From IMG/VR virus record IMGVR_UViG_637000270_000013: a DNA stretch of 58,884 nucleotides; one strand, given 5' to 3'. Source of the stretch: a virus. This document shows positions 1-10,102 of the stretch, in pieces (the stretch's first letter is position 1; each line of letters begins with the position of its first letter). Under the pieces are notes generated by a model that saw only the letters and a program-made list of their open reading frames with translations, searched no databases and was not told the DNA's origin. The position numbers and the translations under genes are program-made.

Positions 1-440
1 TGTGGGCCAGGTGGTCATAGACGATGCGCCATTCGCTTTTATCGCACTGCGCGTGGGTCAGGCGGGCCACTTCCGTGGCGGCAACATGGGCGGCGTCGTT
101 CGCCAGGGACTTGAGTGCATGACTGTCCAGGTCGGGCAGACGCTGACGCTGGGTGCGCAGGCGTAAAAAGGCCACCACGCCATTATGCTGGGGGGATTGG
201 GTTGCGCGGTCGCCAAACAGCGCCCGGAAATCGTCGTCTGCTATTTCATTCAGGCGGTAGCCGGCGTTTACACGCGCAATGCGCGGCAACATCACCTTAA
301 CCACGGACTCGGTTAGCCAGCGGCGGGCGCTGTCAAAGCCCTTTTGCTTTTCGCGCTGGTCAAAGCGCCAGTAAATACTGGAACTCACCGTTTCCAGCTG
401 GTCGTCAACCTGCTTTTTCGCCAGGAGAGTGTCCTCGCGG
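1..440 (-). pseudogene. P2-like replication endonuclease (gpA) N-terminal region, running off the window; 5' end apparently fused to dam by a deletion
   Basis: Manual minus-strand translation from 388 gives VSSSIYWRFDQREKQKGFDSARRWLTESVVKVMLPRIARVNAGYRL...QRLPDLDSHALKSLANDAA, resembling P2-family gpA. It lies directly downstream of dam, as in P2-like phages. Confidence 0.6.
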
Positions 441-1077
441 CGAAGCTCGGTAAGGCGCATTTCCTCAACGGCGTGATGTAATAACCGGTGAAGCCGTCCC
501 TGTCTTCAGGCGGGAAATAAGACGGGTCGGTATACACTGCGTAGTGCTCATCTACATGGAGCGCCAGTGTTTCCTCAAAGGGCAGGCAGACAAACCGGAT
601 ATGGGTATCGCGCGCCTTTTCGGCGAACAGGCGGATTTCTGCGGCGGGGAAATAGGGCTTTTTGTAATGTTCATACGGGATGTTAAATTCGCCACGCAGG
701 TTGTAGCGGCACAGGCCGTTGTAGCCATGGCGATTGAGGTAAAGGAACACGGCGGCACGTTTAATGCCCCTGGTCGCTCGCCATTGGGCAAAATTGGTGC
801 GGTAACGAAAATAGTCAACAGAAGTGTTAGCGTGCCTGAACAGCGGCAGCGCTGCCTGTATGACGCTTTCCGGGCTATCAACAACCGCCTGGTAGAAATT
901 GATAAGGTCCGGGTTAATGTCTGCCAGCACATAGCGAGGGTAGTCAGTAGCGAGGAAAACCGAGGCACCGCCGACAAAAGGTTCGACCAGACAGTCAGCC
1001 GCCGGCAGGAAGGGGCGCAAGCGGGGCATCAGGCGAGACTTGCCGCCCGCCCATTTCAGGATAGGTTTCATCTGCAT
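385..1077 (-). pseudogene. dam: Phage Dam-family DNA adenine methyltransferase, probably inactive
   Basis: MKPILKWAGGK, LVEPFVGGASVF and YLNRHGYNGLCRYN motifs. The catalytic DPPY reads DPSY and the C-terminus is replaced by foreign sequence. Confidence 0.85.
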
Positions 1078-1081
1078 GTCC

Positions 1082-1709
1082 TCAGCAATGTTCGATAAAA
1101 GCGTCGGAATGACGCTGCCAGATTTCTGCCACCACCTGCGCCTGATAGCAGGCATCCTCAAGGGAGTGGTGCTTCAGGGTCTGGCGCGCGGGCGAGCAGC
1201 CGGTTGCCTGTGCCAGACATTGCAGAGTGCGCATATCCCGCACCCGCCAGTAATGCCAGGGGATGGGCAGGCCATGGCGCTCAAAGGCGGCGCTTATAAT
1301 CACCACGTCAAAGTTGCCTCCCTTGCACCAGATATTCAGGTGCTTGCGGCCAGCGGGTATCTGGCTGGCACGTCGCCGGGCGCGGCGCTTCCCCATTCAC
1401 GCATTCCAGCGTTGAGCCGAACGCAAACGGGCGCGTATGGCAGATGGTGCCGATGCACTCGAATTGCGGGTAGAAATCGAACAGGTAAGGTTGCAGCTTC
1501 TCCTCAGGGCCGAAGGGCCACTTATTCTGCACTGAGAAAAGCTGGCAACTCTCGCGGGCTTTCTCTTCCTGAGAGTGGAAAAGCTCAAGGGATAAAGGCG
1601 AAATCAGCAATTTCCGCATCGCGCGATTGAAATATGACAAGCCGTTATTGTCAGTCACCGCGCAGGGCATAGCCGAACTATGGCAGGTGTAGGTCATGAG
1701 CTGGTTCAT
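1082..1709 (-). pseudogene. Phage DEDD-type 3'-5' exonuclease, frameshifted
   Basis: IWCKGGNFDVVII, PWHYWRVRDMRT and HHSLEDACYQA motifs; split over several frames. Confidence 0.75.
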
Positions 1710-2086
1710 ACCGCCCCCCCGTTTTTCACTGAATTTGGCAATAATGTATCTATAGTGGGTAAATCTGTCAGGTGCATCCAGTGAGTCACGTACCCATTTA
1801 AAAATCCCTGACAATCTCCGTCATCAAAATATGCAATATCAATATGCCCATTGCCGATTACAAGAAGCATCAGCCCATCTTTTGGCATTTGCTCGCTGCA
1901 AGCAATCCACTTATTGTTTTCTGCATCGCAGTTTTCGTTCTGCCCATCAAGCGAGGTCAGCGCAAACCGGGAAAGTAATATCGCATCCTCCTGGGGAATG
2001 GAGTCTTCCTGGCAGGCGTAGTCGGCCAACACGCCAGCCTCATGCATTACTCTAACTTCTTCAAATGCTTTTTCATTATCAATCAT
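1706..2086 (-). pseudogene. DUF551-like phage early protein, frameshifted near the C-terminus
   Basis: KWIACSEQMP...VTHWMHL motif. Confidence 0.6.
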
Positions 2087-2343
2087 TGAGCCTGTACCTC
2101 TTCATTCTGAATTTTATGGATGTAATATAATGGCATCATGCCGCCGTATATTTTGAAATGATGGGTAGTGTCATCTTGTTCAGCAACGCATAGTTCAGGT
2201 GACCAGCTACCACTTATAATTTTATACTTTTCGTTCAGCTCGGACCATATCTCTACGGCTTCATCTGGACTATCCGCTTCTATCTCATGTCCATAGTCGA
2301 AATCTTCTCCGTTCTCAGGATACCATGCGTAAAAGACATTCAT
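2083..2343 (-). CDS. Phage hypothetical protein
   Basis: 86-aa ORF translationally coupled within the early-left operon. Confidence 0.6.
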   Translation of the reverse strand: MNVFYAWYPENGEDFDYGHEIEADSPDEAVEIWSELNEKYKIISGSWSPELCVAEQDDTTHHFKIYGGMMPLYYIHKIQNEEVQAQ

Positions 2344-2358
2344 TCGGGATTTCTTTTA

Positions 2359-2649
2359 TTAATGATTGGTGTGATAAAAGGTGTTGATTAATTTCATTCT
2401 ATGCAGTGCATTATTCATCAGGGACGCCAATATTTCTTCTTTCGACAATCTATTTCGGATTCCTTTTTCATATTCTTCTATTATCTTCCTGTCAGCTTCG
2501 TATTGAGCGAATTGATTGTCATCCATCATATTCCATCGCTCGGCCTCTGCGATGTTTTCTATCTGGATAATACGTCTTTCCAGTTTTTCGATTTCTTCGA
2601 TAAGTCCGGTTTCCCGACGTGCAAGTAACCCGGTGAGTAAATCATTCAT
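2359..2649 (-). CDS. Phage hypothetical protein, paralogue of 29291-29563
   Basis: MNDLLTGLLARRETGLIEEIEKLE vs MNSLLTELLARRETGLIKEIEKLE; same RBS context. Confidence 0.7.
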   Translation of the reverse strand: MNDLLTGLLARRETGLIEEIEKLERRIIQIENIAEAERWNMMDDNQFAQYEADRKIIEEYEKGIRNRLSKEEILASLMNNALHRMKLINTFYHTNH

Positions 2650-2680
2650 ATTTCACCTCATAAAATTAAATGTTTAGTCA

Positions 2681-3360
2681 TTAAGGAATGTTAATTCCAC
2701 TGCTCGCCAAAGGTAAATCCAAGTTCAGCTAATGCCATATCCATTCTTTCTGTAAACTCTGGTACGGATTCTTCAAATTTTGAAATGTATTTATCGTTTT
2801 ATTCAACAATGACGTTGTGAAGTTCTTCACGCTTCATTCGAGGTCATAGTTAGCAAAATGCCATGCTTCTTTACCCGTAACACACATGCTAAACTGAACC
2901 TGAGCCATATATTCCGATTTGATGCCGTCAAAGCCATTCAGTCTAAAATTAATAAAGTCGCGTGATGTAAATGGACACTTTAATTCAAGTCCCAGCCCAT
3001 CACTACAGTCGCCATCGGGGGAGCACGCTACACGCATATCTTCCTCCTTGAATATGATGGGGACGTCGATAACGGTTAACCCTGTAGTGAACTCAAACAG
3101 TCGTCTTGCTACCTCTTCGTTTTCTTTTCCCCATTCTAGCGGCCTTGCCTTCACTTCGGGAGATTGCCCGGTACAAATCTCGGCAATCAGCTTATTGAAG
3201 TAAGACCGCTTCGTATCCGTCCATTTGTTGCCTGAACGTGGGCTGGAAATCACGCAGGAAGCCTCTGAGGCGGTTATGGCGCCAAGGCGCAAACGCAACC
3301 CTGTTGCACCTGCGTGACGTCTATGCCCGTTTTAGACAGAATAACGTCGGCGTCTATCAT
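2681..3360 (-). pseudogene. exo: Lambda-type (YqaJ family) exonuclease, frameshifted
   Basis: [24 protein letters not shown] and YMAQVQFSM motifs; frame breaks near 3300 and 2834. Confidence 0.9.
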
Positions 3361-4205
3361 GCTGCATTCTTGGCGGCTCTTTTCCGCAAGAAGTCGAGCG
3401 CCTTTAATGCCTCCTGGTCGGTCAGCTCTGCCGCTTCGCTGACCTGCCGTTTGAATACTGTTGAGCAAAGGGGAAGAAAATCTTCATCCCAGGTTTTGTC
3501 TAGAGACAAAAGCAGGTCATTGATAGCTTGCAACGTTTCAGTTGTTGCTCCCTCATGACTCGTTGAGTGGCCTGCGGATGGCGTGACATCGCGCGCGTCG
3601 ATAACATCCAGCGTCTTGCCTTCCATTTTCTCGGCTGTGGGCTGCTCGATTTCCTGCCATGCCTTGCGAAGTGCCTGAGCTTCTGCGCACTTTGCTATCT
3701 GGCCGTAAGGGCACTTTTTCCACATTGCATTAGGTGCGTTAGAATCCCTGCCTGCGGTCGCATAGTTTTCCAGCCAATATTCTTTCGCGCTGTACTCAAC
3801 AATCTGGCCGCCAGGCATCATCTTGCATACCGTATATTTACACCACTGCGAAAAAGTGACTTCTATGCCATTAAAGGTTTTGGTTTCATCCGGGCCAAAT
3901 TCTGGCTCCTTGGCACCTGCGTAATTTCCTGACCGGTCTGCCTGTATTCGATACAGTTCGACACCCGGCATAACGACATCTCTTTGCTCTCCCTTGCCGA
4001 TTTTGGCGTCTTTAATATACATTGTCACCAGATGTACCGGCTTCATTAATGGGTCAAGCTGACGCGCTCGGCAATAGTCCAATGCCATCATGACCGATTC
4101 ATCTTTAGCGCCGGGATAAATACTATTTTTAAGTGCGCTCCATGTGGAAAAATCAACGCCTTTTTCGGCTAGAATCGCTGAGGTTGTATTTAATTTATTT
4201 GCTAT
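3357..4205 (-). pseudogene. bet: Red-beta single-strand annealing protein; start codon appears mutated to ATA
   Basis: DYCRARQLDPLMKPVHLV and KCAEAQALRKAW motifs. The frame is open back to ATA at 4205 behind a GAGG RBS. Confidence 0.85.
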
Positions 4206-4497
4206 TACGCCACCTCGTCAAAACTTTCATGATAATAGAGCAATTAATAGCTTGCTGGTTTCTTACAGCCTGTGCCACTATTTTGTAGGCTGCAATCATA
4301 AATTCGTCATTATTTTGCATCGCTAATAGCAGTGCCTTTTCTCCGCATACTGAAATAACCTTTGCCAATTTCTGGGCCAGATATTCATAACTCCATTCGT
4401 TGTTGGCCCATTCAACCTCTTTTCCAAGACTTTCCTCTTGCTCCGGTGTGAATCTTTCAACCGTGCAGCGGATTTCGTTTTCGGTTTCAATATTCAT
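4195..4497 (-). CDS. Gam-like host nuclease inhibitor
   Basis: Immediately upstream of bet-exo, about 100 aa; LAMQNNDEF segment resembles lambda Gam AFDDDVEF. Confidence 0.5.
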   Translation of the reverse strand: MNIETENEIRCTVERFTPEQEESLGKEVEWANNEWSYEYLAQKLAKVISVCGEKALLLAMQNNDEFMIAAYKIVAQAVRNQQAINCSIIMKVLTRWRNSK

Positions 4498-4657
4498 TTC
4501 ATCTCCTTTTATAGCCAAGCTCATATCTAACTGTTGCCGGATGACGTGAAGCGGTCTATAATCCCTGCGTCCAATGATGGAAGTCATTGATCATGCCTCG
4601 CAGGAGTTGGTTTGGTCGCCAACTCCGCCGTCACCGGGACGTAAAGCCGGTAGAGAC

Positions 4658-4681
4658 GCCCGCCCTGAAGCGGGCCTTTTT
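4658..4681 (+). terminator. Intrinsic terminator, target of the group IIC intron
   Basis: GCCCGC-cctgaa-GCGGGC followed by CTTTTT, ending 6 nt before the intron 5' end. Confidence 0.8.
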
Positions 4682-4687
4682 AGTTTA

Positions 4688-6340
4688 GTGCGCCCAGCAT
4701 GAGCGCACTCTTGTGGGTGCAAGTCCCGCCGCAAGCTGGCCACAGTGAGCGAAGCACAACTGCGCAAGGGTGACTGAGCGTGGGGAGGAAGTGTGGAGCG
4801 AAATGCGAGCCGATGAACAAGAATCGGATAGAAGGCGCTGGCGAGCAGGGTGAGCGGGCGAGAAACCGTGAAACTCTTGTGGTCAAGGCGAGGTGGCGTA
4901 GTTCCGGCGGTTGTGCAGTGAAGGAGTGCGTTCTTACCTGGGGGGAGATCTCGCCTGAAAGGGCGACGGTGCAAGCCGGAGCGGGAAGTCAGCAGAGGTC
5001 GTAGTAGCCGCTCTGGGTGAAGGGCCGAACGAGAAAGGAGCGCGTCAAACGCCTTGCCGATGAATCGTGTATTGCATCAGATGTCCGCGCTAGCGGAGCG
5101 GATCGTTTCAGGGCGAGGTGAAACCTCGTCCAAAGCGCTCAGCGATGAAACTCGACGACTCCCGCGGCAAGAACCGGAAGACGCAGGGCGAGACTTGCTC
5201 ATGCAAGCACTCGCGAGGGAAAATATGCAACGCGCGTGGAAACGCCTGAAGGCAAACAAAGGAGCTGCGGCGGGGGTCGATGGTCTGAGTATTGCGCAGA
5301 CCGGACAACACCTGAAGTACGCGTGGCCGACCATCCGGCAACAAGTGATGATCGGCACGTACCGGCCACAACCGGTACGACGCGTAGGCATCCCAAAACC
5401 GGATGGAAGCGAACGTGAACTGGGGATACCCACCGTCATCGATCGTCTGATTCAGCAGGCACTGCTCCAGGTGCTGCAACCGCTGATCGATCCCACTTTT
5501 AGTGAATATAGATACGGGTTTCGCCCCGGTCGTCGTGGGCATGACGCTGTTCTTGCATCACATCAGTACGTACAAGATGGCTACCGCGTGGTGGTTGATG
5601 TTGATCTATCGAAGTTCTTTGATCGGATTAACCACGACATTCTGATTGATCGTTTAAGGAAGCACGTTAACGATGCTGGAGTGATCCGGCTGGTGCGTGC
5701 TTACCTGAACGCAGGAATCATGAAGGGCGGTGTGGTTGTCGAGCATGCGGAAGGGACGCCGCAAGGCTGCCCCCTCTCGCTTCTGCTGACCAACGTGCTT
5801 CTCGACGAAGTGGATCGGGAGCTTGAACTGCGGGGACACCGCTTTGCCCGCTATGCCGATGACTGCAATGTCTATGTGCGCAGTGAGAAGACTGGCGAGT
5901 GATGAAACTGCTCAAGCGCTGCTACGACAAGCTGTACCTGAGGATCAATACATCGAAAAGTGCGGTTGCAAGCGGCTTTGGCCGCAAGTTTCGGGGTTAT
6001 ACCCTCTGGGAAGCCCCGAACGGCGAGATTAGACGCTTGGTGTCGAGAAAGGCGCTGGAGACGTTCAAGCAAAGGATCAGGCAATTGACTGGTCGATCGG
6101 GTGGACGCAGCATAAGCCAGGTAATCAAAGCACTACGCCGCTATGTACTGGGCTGAAAAGCGTATTTCCAACTAGCACAACACCTGTCGGCGGTACATAA
6201 CGTGTTGACGATTGCTTACTTGGATTCCCTTGGCATGCCTAGCCTCACGTAACCTCAACTGCTCGAACCGCACGGTGCGGACCCGTATGCCGGGTGGTGT
6301 GGGAGGGGACCGGCCAGTTACTGACCGCCCCTATCCCGAT
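4688..6340 (+). mobile_element. Group II intron, bacterial class C (IIC)
   Basis: 5' GTGCG; short domain V GAACCGCACGGTGCGGACCCGTATGCCGGGTGGTG with CGC triad; domain VI ending CCTATCCCGAT; internal RT ORF; inserted after a terminator. Confidence 0.93.
5060..6252 (+). pseudogene. ltrA: Group II intron reverse transcriptase/maturase, disrupted
   Basis: IPKPDGSERELGIPTVIDRLIQQA, YGFRPGR, GTPQG and RYADD motifs; frameshift near 5900, TGA at 6154, shortened X domain. Confidence 0.92.
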
Positions 6341-6419
6341 CGTGTTGCGCGCCCCGTAACGTGGGGCTAACGGGTCGTTTCATGCCTCGCAGGGCTTCTG
6401 CCCGCCGTCACTACAAAAG

Positions 6420-6629
6420 TCACAGAAATTCGGAGTAACGCGTTCCGGCTGGCTCAAACTCTGCCGGTACTTCTAAGCTCTCAAATTCTTGCCTTATTGC
6501 CCGCAAATTACCCACTGGTTGAAACGAATAGTGCTGATTGACGTAGTTGAAGGATGCCAGCCAGGGCGCGCCTGTGCGCTTGTCCCTGAGCATTACCTGT
6601 TTGCCGCTGTTCGGAATAATATTTTTCAT
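6420..6629 (-). CDS. Phage early-left hypothetical protein
   Basis: 69-aa ORF with GAGG RBS, first in the pL operon. Confidence 0.6.
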   Translation of the reverse strand: MKNIIPNSGKQVMLRDKRTGAPWLASFNYVNQHYSFQPVGNLRAIRQEFESLEVPAEFEPAGTRYSEFL

Positions 6630-6844
6630 TGGTCATGCCTCTCATCTGCTTTCAGATTGTCAGAACGCTTACCTAACCCTTACTGCTGTGCCTCTACGAC
6701 CTAAGCCGCCAAACTTCTCGCAACCTCCGTCATGATCATCACGCCTCGGGCTGGCTACATTGAGCTAAAGCAATCGGCGGGTGACTCGTAGTATTATTAT
6801 CTGCCGGGGTTTTGCCGTCGCTGGTTGCTGTTGATGGATTCATG

Positions 6845-6858
6845 GTAATATAAGTTAC
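6845..6858. promoter_or_regulatory. Putative OL operator of prophage 1, overlapping the pL -10
   Basis: GTAATATAAGTTAC matches the GTAAC-N4-GTTAC sites between cI and cro. Confidence 0.6.
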
Positions 6859-6879
6859 TTTCGAGGTGCTAAAAAACCC

Positions 6880-7647
6880 GATAATGTCTTGAAATGGTTG
6901 GTTTTTGTGATATTCTGCCGCTATTTGAGGTTTCCACGTGGTTACAGTTTCTGTTCATTGTCCTCGCTGCCATTCAGATGAAATTTATCGACATGGCCTT
7001 AGTCCAACTAAGCGCGAACGCTTCTGGTGTTAGTGCTGTCGCCGTGTATTTCAGCTTACCTACCGCTATGAAGCGCGAAAGCCGGGAGTTAAAGAGCAGA
7101 TCGTTGATATGGCCTTCAACGGTGCCGGTGTTCGCGATACCGCCAGAGCGTTGAAAATCGGCATCAATACGGTCATCCGGGCTTTAAAAAGCTCTCGCCC
7201 CGCCGGATAACGTCTTCTCCCGTTGCTCACGCCGATATTGCCCTTATCTGTGAACTTGATGAGCAATGGAGCTTCGTTGGCAGTAAGGCGCTACAGCACT
7301 GGCTCTGGTATGCTTACAATACCAAAACGGGGCGGCGTTCTGGCCTACACTTTTGGCCTCCGAACCGATGAGACCTACCGTGAATTGCTGGCTCTGTTGA
7401 CGCCATTCAACATCGGCATGATTACCAGTGACAACTGGGGCAGCTATGCAAGAGAGGTGCCGAAGCAGAAACATCTGACTGGCAAGATCTTCACGCAACG
7501 CATAGAGCGCAATAACCTGACGCTCCGACCCGCATTAAACGACAGGCGCGTAAAACGATTTGCTTCTCGCGCTCCGTCGAGATTCACGAACAAAGTCATC
7601 GGAACCTTCATCGAAAAACACATGTTCTATTAATTGGAGTCATTACC
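6880..7647 (+). mobile_element. IS1-family element, inactive
   Basis: 768 bp. insA from 6938 (VTVSVHCPRC, internal TAG; A6C slip site reads AAAAAGC), insB motif FTQRIERNNLTLR, right IR TTGGAGTCATTACC, degenerate left IR GATAATGTCTTGAA. Confidence 0.9.
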
Positions 7648-7679
7648 AAATACCTCTCTATAGTTGAGGGGTTGACAAG

Positions 7680-8333
7680 TTATACTTCTTGTATTACTTG
7701 AATAACTAATCCTTTTACAATCAAGTCTTTTATATCCATATCTATTAATTTAAAGTTAGGATTCAAAGATCTGAGATACACATTGGGGCCATCAAGCGAT
7801 AGTTTTTTGATACTAGGTATACGCTGTTGAGCTAGTTGAACAATAATTATCTTTTCATTCAAGTCCTCAGTCAACATCGATCTTGGTTCAATCAACGCGA
7901 AAGAACCTTCTGGTAATGTAGGCATACCATGAGGATTAACCATAGAATCCCCTTTTACTTCAACGATAAATGCGCCTTTTGGAATGTTTCCCATTACATC
8001 AATCCACTTTATAGCTTCTGATTCAGTAGCAAATGGAGACCTTCCGTCCCATTCACCAATCTGCGCCCAAGAAACAACAGACACAGATTGATAATTACTG
8101 TTGCTAAGTGAATTTTGCGTGGTACTGTCAGCTTTATCTAATCCATACAATAGCCAGTCAGGATTACATTTCAGCGCCTGACAGAGTTTGATAAGATTTT
8201 TACCATCAGGTTCACTTTGGCCGTTTTCCCATTTTGTAACTGCTATACGAGAAACTCCAACCATCTTTGAAAGCGTCATTTGAATTATTTTTTGCGCGTT
8301 TCTCAGATCTTTTATGCGCCTCGGCATATCCAT
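7680..8333 (-). CDS. cI: Prophage 1 CI-like repressor (HTH plus S24 peptidase)
   Basis: HTH GVSRIAVTKWENG; VKGDSM serine and SIKKL lysine; divergent from cro. Confidence 0.9.
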   Translation of the reverse strand: MDMPRRIKDLRNAQKIIQMTLSKMVGVSRIAVTKWENGQSEPDGKNLIKLCQALKCNPDWLLYGLDKADSTTQNSLSNSNYQSVSVVSWAQIGEWDGRSPFATESEAIKWIDVMGNIPKGAFIVEVKGDSMVNPHGMPTLPEGSFALIEPRSMLTEDLNEKIIIVQLAQQRIPSIKKLSLDGPNVYLRSLNPNFKLIDMDIKDLIVKGLVIQVIQEV

Positions 8334-8358
8334 CTCAGCGGGCCCTATGATTGATAGA

Positions 8359-8419
8359 GTAACTTATGTTACACCAGAAGGGTTTAATTTTGATTTATAT
8401 TTAAGGTAACTATAATTAC
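8359..8419. promoter_or_regulatory. OR operators of prophage 1
   Basis: GTAACTTATGTTAC (8359-8372) and GTAACTATAATTAC (8406-8419), the latter containing TATAAT. Confidence 0.7.
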
Positions 8420-8454
8420 ATTCATCGCGTCTTAATGTTAAAATGGTGTCCCCG

Positions 8455-8706
8455 ATGAAAAAGATTGATGTACTTAAATTTTTTGATGGAAGTTTTACTA
8501 AAACTGCTCAAGCTCTGGGTATATCGCATGCAGCTGTTTCACGCTGGCGTGATGTTATTCCAGAAAAAAGAGCTTTTCAGCTTGAATTGATCACTCAAGG
8601 TAGGTTTAAGCGTAATGCTGATTTGTATGGCTCAAAGAATTCCAAAAATGACTTATCACCTAAACATAACGGAGGCGAAAATCTGACTTATGCAGTTCAA
8701 CCATGA
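8455..8706 (+). CDS. cro: Cro-like repressor
   Basis: MKKIDVLKFFDGSFTKTAQALGISHAAVSRW HTH. Confidence 0.85.
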   Translation: MKKIDVLKFFDGSFTKTAQALGISHAAVSRWRDVIPEKRAFQLELITQGRFKRNADLYGSKNSKNDLSPKHNGGENLTYAVQP

Positions 8707-8980
8707 AGCACTTTGCATTGAACTACGCCGCTGGGCCATTGCTACTAAATTGAGTTAGGTGGGGGAGACTTGCCTCTGTACTCACTGAAGGCATTGGAGT
8801 ATCGGCGCTCGGGTTCAGTGTCCTATCGCGTTGCGCAGGCGAATAAAGAGTTTGCCAAGGCCGTCAGCGCCGCATTGCTCGATTCTCCGTCTATCCGAAA
8901 AGGAAATAAGTGAGGCTATCAGCGCACTGCATGCGCTCCCAAAAAGGCCGGTTTACGGCAACTACTGCCGGGTGTAGCGA
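8690..8980 (+). pseudogene. YdaT/CII-position regulator remnant
   Basis: MQFNHEALCIELRRWA start resembles YdaT; early stop and deletion. Confidence 0.5.
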
Positions 8981-9077
8981 GGTATGACCAATGAGAATTT
9001 TTGTTGCAATAAAAACATCAGTGCAAATACGGGACCGTCTCCACAGAGCCAGACTGTAACGTATTTGTACTTATTAA

Positions 9078-9513
9078 GTAACGCTCAGAGCGTTACTGGC
9101 TAAACGAGGCATCTTATGTCGTCTAATTGGATAAAAGTCGAGGTCATTACTCCTGATAAGCCGGAGGTATGCCAGTTTGCAGAGTTGCTGGATATTGATC
9201 CTGATGCTGCGCTGGGAAAATTAATCCGCTTATGGGCCTGGGCTGACCAGCAAACCGTCGATGGAAAGACAAAGTGTAACGCTGTGAGCGTTACAAAAAA
9301 TGCAGTTGACCGAATTACGTTTGTAAAAGGCTTTGCAGATGCTCTTATTTCGATTGGTTTGCTGATTGTTGATGATAGCACTCTGAAGTTTCCGAACTTT
9401 GAACGTCATAACGGGAATTCTTCTAAAAAACGGGTATTTACAAACCAGCGTGTTACAAAATCACGCAAAATGAAACTCACTACGCCGGAAGAATGTAACG
9501 CCGAGAGCGTTAC
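9078..9513. repeat. Three GTAACGC-N5-GCGTTAC palindromes, probable ori/initiator sites
   Basis: Copies at 9078-9096, 9276-9294 and 9495-9513. Confidence 0.7.
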
Positions 9514-10102
9514 ACCAGCGTTTCAAAAAGCGTTACCAGAGATAGAGAGAGAGGAAGATATAAAAGATAACCCCCTCTCTAGCGCGCGTGTGCGAAGTTT
9601 GGCGTCTGGACATGATCCATCAGCCAACAACGCGGTGCTCGATAATCGGCCTCCGTCGCCTGGATGGTTTGGGCCGATTGATAAATTCACGATGCACGAC
9701 GACTGGCTACTGGACGAGGAATTCAGCCGGAAGGCTGCGACGTGGGGGATTGTTCTCGACGAGCCTCCAACCGCCACAGAACTGGCGGAGTTCATCACGT
9801 TCTGGAAGGCCGAGGGAAAGGCAAAACATCACGCTCAGTGGGAACAGGCTTTAACGAAGAGCATCCGCCGGAGCAGGGAATTTACTGGCAAGCGAGGCAA
9901 AGATGGTAAAAAAGTTAAACAATATCAACCAACTAGGGGGCATGCAGTCGAAAAAATACGGGCCGCAATCGCTGAGGAACGAGAGCGAGAAGGCTTACCG
10001 CCTCTGGAATATTATGGGGATGATATACTTGGATCGGTGGATGGCAAAGAACGGCACGACCCCATTATTGACCTGGAAAGCGGCGATTGGCAGGTTGAAT
10101 GA
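9116..10102 (+). CDS. Phage replication initiator with DnaT-like C-terminal domain
   Basis: MSSNWIKVEVITPDKPEV, LKFPNFERHNG and ELAEFITFWKAEGK..QWEQ motifs; internal iteron-like palindromes. Confidence 0.8.
   Translation: MSSNWIKVEVITPDKPEVCQFAELLDIDPDAALGKLIRLWAWADQQTVDGKTKCNAVSVTKNAVDRITFVKGFADALISIGLLIVDDSTLKFPNFERHNGNSSKKRVFTNQRVTKSRKMKLTTPEECNAESVTPAFQKALPEIEREEDIKDNPLSSARVRSLASGHDPSANNAVLDNRPPSPGWFGPIDKFTMHDDWLLDEEFSRKAATWGIVLDEPPTATELAEFITFWKAEGKAKHHAQWEQALTKSIRRSREFTGKRGKDGKKVKQYQPTRGHAVEKIRAAIAEEREREGLPPLEYYGDDILGSVDGKERHDPIIDLESGDWQVE

Noticed and set aside
5060-6252. RT as a diversity-generating retroelement, retron or defence RT
   Set aside because: It is flanked by canonical group II intron ends and domains V/VI; I saw no template/variable repeat pair or msr-msd.
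6871-7656. Target-site duplication for the IS1 copy
   Set aside because: Flanks AAAAAACCC and AAATACCTC match at only 6 of 9 positions.
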